From NCBI GenBank assembly GCA_041659805.1, contig JBAZXP010000001.1, positions 256,589-320,588 of the forward strand: a DNA stretch of 64,000 nucleotides, in the 5' to 3' direction. Shown here piece after piece: positions 58,301 through 64,000 of this stretch (the stretch's first letter is position 1; every line of letters starts with the position of its first letter). The stretch is from Microgenomates group bacterium. Lineage in GTDB: Bacteria > Patescibacteriota > Microgenomatia > Daviesbacterales > UBA10151. The translations under genes were made by a program, and so were the position numbers. The notes beneath the pieces are model-generated. The model saw only the letters and a program-made list of their open reading frames with translations, did not search any database and had not been told where the DNA came from.

Positions 58301-59091
58301 TAGCTGCTCAAAGTATCGGAGAACCTGGAACACAGCTTACCATGAGAACATTCCACTCAGGAGGTGTTGCAACAGGTGTTGATATCACCATGGGTCTTCC
58401 TCGTGTGGAAGAACTATTTGAAGCAAGAACACCAAAAAATATTGCCCCACTTTCTGAAATTGCAGGTAAAGTTACTATTACTGAAACAGACATGGGTATT
58501 AAAGTCAGAATCAGAACCAGTGCTAAACCAGTAGAGGAAAGAGAATATTTGATTCCGGCTTCAGCAAACCTGTTGGTAGAAGACGGACAATTAATTTCTG
58601 CAGGAACACAACTTGCTTCAGGTCATTGTGACATTAAAGAAATTGTTAGAGTTAAAGGCTTAAAAGAAGCTCAAAGATATATTGTTGATGCTGTCAGACA
58701 AGTTTATTCTTCACAGGGTGTGCCAATTAATGAAAAGCACTTTGAAGTTATAGTCCGCAAAATGTCAGATAAAGTCAGAGTGGAAAGCCAGGGAGACACA
58801 GCATTACTACCAGGTGAAGTTATTGACAGACTTAAATTTGAAGAGGAAAACCAAAGAGTATTGGCAGAAGGTGGAGATCCATCAACAGCCTCTATCGTTA
58901 TCTTAGGTATTACCAGAGCATCGCTTCTGACAGAAAGCTTCTTATCAGCTGCTTCCTTCCAGGAAACAACTACAGTATTATCTGATGCTGCTGCACAAGG
59001 AAAGAAAGACCGCTTGTTTGGCCTCAAGGAAAACGTTATAATTGGTCGGTTAATTCCAACCAACCCGGAACGGGCCAGAGTGGAGAGATAA
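55393..59091 (+). CDS. rpoC: RNA polymerase beta' subunit
   Basis: Zn finger CYCGKY…CDKC, NADFDGDQM, SIGEPGTQLTMRTFH. Confidence 0.99.
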   Translation: MNNDLLDFESLKVTIASPEQIKAWSFGEVTKPETINYRTLKPEKDGLFAENIFGPTKDYECYCGKYKRIRYRGVICDKCGVEVTQSKVRRERMGHITLAAAVAHNWFVKGAPSKLSLVLDLSLKSLEAVIYFASYLVTDVDIAAKEKAMEQLEKDLEKKKAEAQDGFDKAVVNLEFELKKQVSELKKGKGEGGELEAEDLGLKTKQEVQKMRDNLAVGFGQLEQIYKAVADLVKSINLMRVMSEDEYLKLDEYGVADFVTVGMGAEGLLEVLKKIDMDKLSADLKEEVRKTTGQRHIKATKRLRVVEGMRAAGVGPEYMVMRILPVIPPDLRPMVQLPGGRFATSDLNDLYRRVINRNNRLKRLIDLGAPEIILRNEKRMLQEAVDALIDSNLKTTRRGAGTGHVLRSLSDMLRGKQGRFRQNLLGKRVDYSGRSVIVVGPHLKLNQVGLPREMALEMFKPFVLREIIGRGLAANIKGAKNILELRTAEVWDILEGVVEGHPVLINRAPTLHRLGIQAFFPLLIDGSAIQLHPCVCAGFNADFDGDQMAIHVPLSKRARDEAENLMLARENILRPASGTPVTAPNREMGLGSYYATTVDDKIEPITDRVFTPTEAILGFQIGKIGLRQKINVRFEDGSQLETSVGRVMFNELLPKAQRFMNSAVGVKDLQDITMKAFSVKETSEEVAVLIDNLKDFGFWGSGLSGLSLGVFDNTIIPEKDKMIADGDKEVSEVEANFKKGLITNEEKRVLTEEIWTRIGDDIAKKTLGSLTSDNPVSIIMKSGGARATPEQIKQLSGMRGFSVDPTGKIVELPTKSNYRQGLAVFEYFTSSRGARKGVADRAIKTADAGYLTRRLVDVAHDVIIRTEDCGDTHGLVLPVPTEGVSVGVSRFLGRHVATKIIDPKTKKVMFEAGDYLDEEKIKQIIEAGVVEINVYSPLSCKAKYGVCGKCYGWDFTTRKPVAIGVPVGVVAAQSIGEPGTQLTMRTFHSGGVATGVDITMGLPRVEELFEARTPKNIAPLSEIAGKVTITETDMGIKVRIRTSAKPVEEREYLIPASANLLVEDGQLISAGTQLASGHCDIKEIVRVKGLKEAQRYIVDAVRQVYSSQGVPINEKHFEVIVRKMSDKVRVESQGDTALLPGEVIDRLKFEEENQRVLAEGGDPSTASIVILGITRASLLTESFLSAASFQETTTVLSDAAAQGKKDRLFGLKENVIIGRLIPTNPERARVER

Positions 59092-59523
59092 ATGCCAACA
59101 ATAAACCAGTTAGTAAGAATGGGTCGAAAGACTTCTTCCAAAAAAATTAAGGCAACTGCGCTAAGACGTAGCTTTAATTCTAATGAAAGAAAATATACAA
59201 CCACATTTAATCCTCAAAAAAGAGGAGTGGTTACAGTTGTTAAAACTATGACTCCTAAAAAACCTAATTCAGCTTTGAGAAAAGTTGCCAGGGTTAGACT
59301 TTCAAATAAAACAGAGGTCACAGCTTATATTCAGGGAGTAGGACATGATTTAGCAGAACATGGTATTGTGTTAGTCCGTGGTGGAAGAGTTAAAGATTTA
59401 CCAGGTGTTAAATATCATATAATTCGTGGAAAACTTGATATGGGTGGAGTACAAAAAAGAATGACCAGTAGATCTAAATATGGAGCAAAAAGACCAGGAG
59501 GAGCTAAAGCAGCAGCTGCTTAA
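59092..59523 (+). CDS. rpsL: 30S ribosomal protein S12
   Basis: [28 protein letters not shown]. Confidence 0.98.
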   Translation: MPTINQLVRMGRKTSSKKIKATALRRSFNSNERKYTTTFNPQKRGVVTVVKTMTPKKPNSALRKVARVRLSNKTEVTAYIQGVGHDLAEHGIVLVRGGRVKDLPGVKYHIIRGKLDMGGVQKRMTSRSKYGAKRPGGAKAAAA

Positions 59524-59531
59524 AAAATTAT

Positions 59532-60008
59532 ATGCCAAGAGCAGGAAAAGTAGAAAGAAGAATAATTGAAGCAGACCCAATTTATAATTCTAAATTGGTT
59601 TCTAGATTTATAAATAGGGTAATGGTTGATGGTAAAAAAACCATTGCTCAAAAATTAGTCTATCAGGCTTTAGAGATAATTGAAAAAGGTGGTAAAAATC
59701 CTTTGACTATCTTTGAAACAGCAATTTCTAACGCAGCTCCAAAAATGGAAGTTAGACCAAGAAGGGTTGGGGGAGCTTCATACCAAATTCCACAGGAAGT
59801 TAGAGGAGATAGAAGAGAAGCTTTGGCTATTAGATGGATTGTGATGGCAGCCAGATCCAGATCAAATAAAGAATATCATTCTTTTGGTGAAAAATTAGCA
59901 GCAGAATTAATTGATGCTGCAGAAGGCAAAGGAATTGCTATTAAGAAAAAAGAAGATATGTTAAAGGTTGCAGAAAGTAATAGGGCATTCGCTCACTTCA
60001 GATTCTAA
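59532..60008 (+). CDS. rpsG: 30S ribosomal protein S7
   Basis: RRVGGASYQIP, AESNRAFAHFRF. Confidence 0.98.
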   Translation: MPRAGKVERRIIEADPIYNSKLVSRFINRVMVDGKKTIAQKLVYQALEIIEKGGKNPLTIFETAISNAAPKMEVRPRRVGGASYQIPQEVRGDRREALAIRWIVMAARSRSNKEYHSFGEKLAAELIDAAEGKGIAIKKKEDMLKVAESNRAFAHFRF

Positions 60009-60054
60009 TTTCCCCTTATTTGTTCTTTAGTTTTTAGGCTGTATACTAATATTA

Positions 60055-60354
60055 ATGTCCAGTTCTCAAAAGGGGTTTGCCCAGATATTTTTTATAATAG
60101 TAGTTTTGTTAGCAGTTGTTGTAATTGGTGGGTGGATTTATTGGACACAAAAAGTAAGTAAAAATCCAACAAAAACAAAGCCTGGACAATATTTACAACA
60201 AATTGCTGATCCAGAAAAATTTGCAGAACAAAATTCAACTGATACTTTAGGAAAAGTTTGTGGTGGTTTTGCAGGGATAACTTGCTCAGTTGGATTAACC
60301 TGTAAGCTTGATGGAGATTATCCTGATGCAACTGGCAAATGTGTAAAAGAGTAG
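60055..60354 (+). CDS. Pilin-leader protein with C-terminal Cys-rich module
   Basis: SQKG|FAQIFF + TM; CGGFAGITC…C…DATGKC. Confidence 0.75.
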   Translation: MSSSQKGFAQIFFIIVVLLAVVVIGGWIYWTQKVSKNPTKTKPGQYLQQIADPEKFAEQNSTDTLGKVCGGFAGITCSVGLTCKLDGDYPDATGKCVKE

Positions 60355-60387
60355 TTACTGATAAAATAAAATGGTAAGATTATATTA

Positions 60388-61049
60388 ATGCCCAATAATC
60401 AAAGAGGTTTTACCCCAATTTATTTATTAGTAGGTTTAGTTGCTTTAATGCTAATGGGTGGAGCATATTATTTTGGTAAAAATTCAAGTTCTATTTCTCC
60501 AAAAAATATTCCAACTGTCCCAACTACAACTCAATCACCAACCCTAACTCCAACCCAGAAATTAACATCCATACCCACCCCAACAGATAAATCTGATGAA
60601 GTATCTACTTGGCAAACATTCAGTTCAATATCCCTCGGTTTTTCTGCTAAATATCCAGGTCAGGTTAAGATTACACCTCAACAGGATGGATCTGTGCATA
60701 TGTCTATTTGGGGACCAACCCAAAAAAACAAACAGAATTTTATGATGGCTTAAGCTTGAGTTTTTCTATTGGTTCTTTAGAAGGAAAAACATTAGATCAG
60801 TATGTAAATAAAAATATTGAAACTTCTCTGGCAAATTATATGACATTAGTAAAATCCCTAACAGATATTACAGTGGGTGATCTTAAAGGTAAAACATATA
60901 GAATTAGCAGTTTGGGCGAGCATACATATCTTTATTTTTCTCCAAAACCTGATAAATTTTTTCTGATTACAAATTCAACCAATGATCCTGCAAACCAAGG
61001 TTATCTTAAAATAGCAGATCAGATTATTTCTTCTGTCAGATTTAATTAA
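60388..61049 (+). CDS. Pilin-leader PsbP-like protein split by a -1 frameshift
   Basis: NQRG|FTPIY + TM; ORFs 60388-60753 and 60708-61049 join at the A7 run 60722-60728 to give WGPTQKKQTEFYDG, about 220 aa. Confidence 0.75.
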
Positions 61050-61736
61050 ATGAATCAAAAAGGTAATATCCTGAGCAAGAATAATAAATATAACGAGTCG
61101 AAGGGTTTTGCTCCAATAATTATAATTTTAGGAATTGTTTTAATGCTTGGTATAGCTGGGGGAGCATATTTTTTAGTTAAAAACTCAAATACTGTACCTA
61201 AAAATAACATAATTGCACCAACGATCTCACCTACTCCAACTGCAACTCTAAAAGTAGATGAAACTGCAAATTGGAATACTTATACCAATACAAAATATAG
61301 TTACTCAATAAAGTATCCTACTGATTATTCTTTGATTGAAGTCACACCAGACTATATTCGTATTTTCCAAGCTCCTACTAAACCAACTTTTCCTAAAACA
61401 GAATCTTATTTATCGGTTCAACTTAATACTATTTCTTTTGAAGACCCAAAACTTATTTATAAGACTACTACTGATGGGAAAACTTTAGTTATTACTCCAG
61501 TAATAATGAGCACTGAAGATAGTGATAAACAAAAGGTTCAATCTATTTTTGATCAAATCACAGCTACTTTTAAATTTTTAGATTCTAATACTGGAACTGC
61601 AAAATATACCTGTCCTGAAAATGGATATCAAAATTGTATGCCTATTTTGGATACAGAAGGGCAAAAACAATGCAGCAGCGAAGCTTTAGATTGGAAAAAA
61701 GCCAATTGTCCAAATTTTTCAGGTGCAGCATATTAG
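61050..61736 (+). CDS. Pilin-leader PsbP-like protein with C-terminal 4-Cys module
   Basis: ESKG|FAPIII + TM; WNTYTNTKYSYSIKYP; FDQITATFKF; CPENG…CMP…C…C. Confidence 0.78.
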   Translation: MNQKGNILSKNNKYNESKGFAPIIIILGIVLMLGIAGGAYFLVKNSNTVPKNNIIAPTISPTPTATLKVDETANWNTYTNTKYSYSIKYPTDYSLIEVTPDYIRIFQAPTKPTFPKTESYLSVQLNTISFEDPKLIYKTTTDGKTLVITPVIMSTEDSDKQKVQSIFDQITATFKFLDSNTGTAKYTCPENGYQNCMPILDTEGQKQCSSEALDWKKANCPNFSGAAY

Positions 61737-61753
61737 TTTTTATCTCTTCTGAG

Positions 61754-61814
61754 TTGACTTTACGCAGCTTTTGCCTTAATATTAGCAAGTAGGCCTCCTT
61801 CAAGGGGCTTTTTT
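61754..61814 (+). promoter_or_regulatory. Promoter and promoter-proximal hairpin/U-tract before gre-fusA
   Basis: TTGACT-17-TAATAT; AGGCCTC-cttcaa-GGGGCTT followed by a T run. Confidence 0.6.
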
Positions 61815-61822
61815 ATATATAT

Positions 61823-62047
61823 ATGGACGCAAAACAAAAAGCAGAAAAATTAGAATTATGGCAAGGTAAGTTAAAAAAACTCCAAGATGAGCTGGAAGCT
61901 ATCATGGTGCGACGCGGAGAAGCTATTGCCATGGGAGATTTATCAGAAAATGCAGCATTTTCTATGGCTGAAGAAGATGCAATTACCTGGAGAGTCAGAA
62001 TTGAAGAAGTAGAAAAAATCATTAAAACAATAGAAAGTACTAAATAA
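61823..62047 (+). CDS. Stand-alone GreA N-terminal coiled-coil protein
   Basis: 74 aa, EAIAMGDLSENAAF tip motif; no C-terminal domain. Confidence 0.85.
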   Translation: MDAKQKAEKLELWQGKLKKLQDELEAIMVRRGEAIAMGDLSENAAFSMAEEDAITWRVRIEEVEKIIKTIESTK

Positions 62048-64000
62048 ATGGCAGTCACCACAAAAACAAAACGTGATTTTCCTTTAGATCAGATTAGAAA
62101 TATTGGAATTATTGCCCACATTGATGCAGGTAAAACTACCACAACTGAACGTATTCTTTTTTACACTGGTAAAACTTATAAAATCGGAAATATTGATGAA
62201 GGAACCACAGTTACTGACTGGATGGAACAGGAACGTGAAAGGGGAATCACTATTGTTTCCGCTGCCATCACTACTTTTTGGACTCCAAAAACAGGTCCAT
62301 ATGCTGGCCAGGAAACCAGAATTAACATTATTGATACTCCTGGTCACGTTGATTTTACAGCAGAAGTTGAAAGATCTTTGCGGGTTTTAGATGGTGGAGT
62401 AATTGTTTTAGATTCAGGTTCAGGTGTGCAATCCCAAACAGAAACAGTTTGGAGACAGGCTAATAAATATAAAGTTCCTTTAATTGCTTTTGGAAATAAA
62501 ATGGACGTAGTTGGAGCAGACTTTTTAGCCACCATTCAGTCTGCCAGAGATAGACTTGGAGCAAATGCTATTGCTTATAATTTACCAATAGGTTCAGAAA
62601 ATGATTTTAAAGGCGTTATAGATTTATTAACAGAGAAAGCTTTTGTTTGGGAAGGCTCTGATACAGGAGCAAATTTTAATGAAATTGAAATTCCAGCTGA
62701 TATGGCAGATCAGGTAAAAACTCACCGCGAAAAATTAGTGGAAGAAATTTCCGGAACAGATGAAGTACTCATGGAAAAATACCTAAACGGAGAAGATGTT
62801 TCTGTTGAAGAACTCAAAAAGGCCTTAAGAAAAGCTGTAATTAACAATGAAATCGTGCCTGTTTTAGCTGGTTCATCGTTGCGCAACAAAGGTGTCCAGC
62901 AAATGTTAGACGCTGTTATTGAATATTTACCATCACCACAAGACGTTAATGAAATTGTGGGAGAAAATCCTACTACCAAAGAACAGGAAATCAGAACAGC
63001 AGATCCTGCAGCTCCTTTATCAGCATTAGCTTTTAAGGTTCAAGTTGATCCCCATGTTGGAAAATTAACATTTATCAGAATTTATTCAGGAACTTTGAAA
63101 TCCGGTTCTTATCTTTATAATTCCACCAAAGATGTGAAAGAAAGAATTGGAAGACTGATGTTAATGCATTCCAATGATAGGGAAGAGATTGAAGAAGCAT
63201 ATGCAGGAGAAATTGTGGCTGCAGTGGGATTAAAAGATACAGTTACCGGTAACTCAATTTGTGATGAAACAAAACCTATCATTTTGGAATCAATTAATTT
63301 CCCTGAACCTGTTATTTCGCTCGCAATTGAGCCAAAAACCAAATCAGATCAGGAAAAATTAGGCTTAGCTCTTTCAAGGCTTTCAGAAGAAGATCCAACT
63401 TTTAGAGTTAAAACTGATCATGAAACAGGTCAAACTATTATTTCCGGAATGGGTGAGTTACAACTGGAAATTTTGGTTGATAGGATGAAAAGAGAATTTA
63501 AAGTTGAGGCAAATGTCGGTCAACCGCAAGTTGCCTATAAAGAAACTATTCAAAAAACAGCCACAGGCGAAGGAAAATACATCAGACAAACAGGAGGACG
63601 TGGTCAATACGGACATTGTTGGCTTAGAATTGAGCCATTGCCACGCGGATCAGGACGTGAATTTGCTTCAGAAATCGTCGGAGGAGCTATTCCAAGAGAA
63701 TTTATTAGTCCTATTGAAAAAGGTGTTATTGAAAAAGAAGATACCGGTATTTTGGCAGGTTATCCGGTGACAGATATTAGGGTAGTTGTTTATGACGGAT
63801 CTTTCCATGACGTTGACTCATCTGAAGTGTCCTTTAAAATTGCCGGTTCTTTGGCTTTATCTGAAGCATCTCACCAGGCAGATATGATTTTGCTTGAACC
63901 TATCATGAAGGTGGAAGTAACCACACCTGAGGAATTTTTAGGAGATATGATTGCAGATTTATCTTCAAAAAGAGCACAAATTTCATCAACAGAAATCAGA
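62048..64000 (+). CDS. fusA: Elongation factor G, 3' partial (not in ORF track)
   Basis: [45 protein letters not shown]; runs off the window. Confidence 0.98.
   Translation, partial: MAVTTKTKRDFPLDQIRNIGIIAHIDAGKTTTTERILFYTGKTYKIGNIDEGTTVTDWMEQERERGITIVSAAITTFWTPKTGPYAGQETRINIIDTPGHVDFTAEVERSLRVLDGGVIVLDSGSGVQSQTETVWRQANKYKVPLIAFGNKMDVVGADFLATIQSARDRLGANAIAYNLPIGSENDFKGVIDLLTEKAFVWEGSDTGANFNEIEIPADMADQVKTHREKLVEEISGTDEVLMEKYLNGEDVSVEELKKALRKAVINNEIVPVLAGSSLRNKGVQQMLDAVIEYLPSPQDVNEIVGENPTTKEQEIRTADPAAPLSALAFKVQVDPHVGKLTFIRIYSGTLKSGSYLYNSTKDVKERIGRLMLMHSNDREEIEEAYAGEIVAAVGLKDTVTGNSICDETKPIILESINFPEPVISLAIEPKTKSDQEKLGLALSRLSEEDPTFRVKTDHETGQTIISGMGELQLEILVDRMKREFKVEANVGQPQVAYKETIQKTATGEGKYIRQTGGRGQYGHCWLRIEPLPRGSGREFASEIVGGAIPREFISPIEKGVIEKEDTGILAGYPVTDIRVVVYDGSFHDVDSSEVSFKIAGSLALSEASHQADMILLEPIMKVEVTTPEEFLGDMIADLSSKRAQISSTEIR

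Noticed and set aside
1404-63770. Many short antisense or overlapping ORFs in the track (e.g. 3420-3839, 31370-31792, 58704-59204, 62103-62390, 63504-63770)
   Set aside because: They are shadows of well-supported genes, with no motifs or independent start signals.
1-64000. CRISPR array, tRNA/rRNA, integrase, transposase, reverse transcriptase or defence operon
   Set aside because: No repeat-spacer periodicity, no cloverleaf or rRNA-like segment in the short intergenic gaps, and no such protein motifs found by eye.

Overview
AT-rich, gene-dense bacterial chromosome segment in the standard genetic code (TGA = stop). Shortened core proteins (IF-2, AlaRS, TPI, HolA), few Shine-Dalgarno sites, near-leaderless genes and many orphan or pilin-leader ORFs point to Patescibacteria/CPR, probably Microgenomates (inference, not a database result). 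It is mainly a housekeeping backbone: sbcCD, pcrA, trxA, tpiA, holA, pilN/pilO, rpsT, murJ, lepA, hrcA-grpE-dnaK-dnaJ, nusA-infB, rpsO-pnp-rnj-ftsK-rodZ, alaS, ruvX-mltG, rpoBC, rpsL-rpsG-fusA, with single orphan genes interleaved. I saw no rRNA, tRNA, CRISPR, integrase, transposase or defence operon. The most unusual signal is a set of intergenic 'ghost' copies of neighbouring gene ends: a complete rodZ|alaS convergent junction (44214-44258) and a tpiA head (13357-13410), both in different synonymous codons, plus an exact 13-bp rpsT head copy (19362-19374). These suggest repeated one-sided gene-end replacement by foreign homologous DNA. Also notable: a cassette of E5-less prepilin-leader genes inside the str operon (one split at an A_AAA_AAC slippery site), two complementary divergent Gre factors, a protease-less Lon ATPase among RNA-decay genes, 7-bp arrays inside core genes, and terminator-like leaders before nusA, rpoB and gre-fusA.
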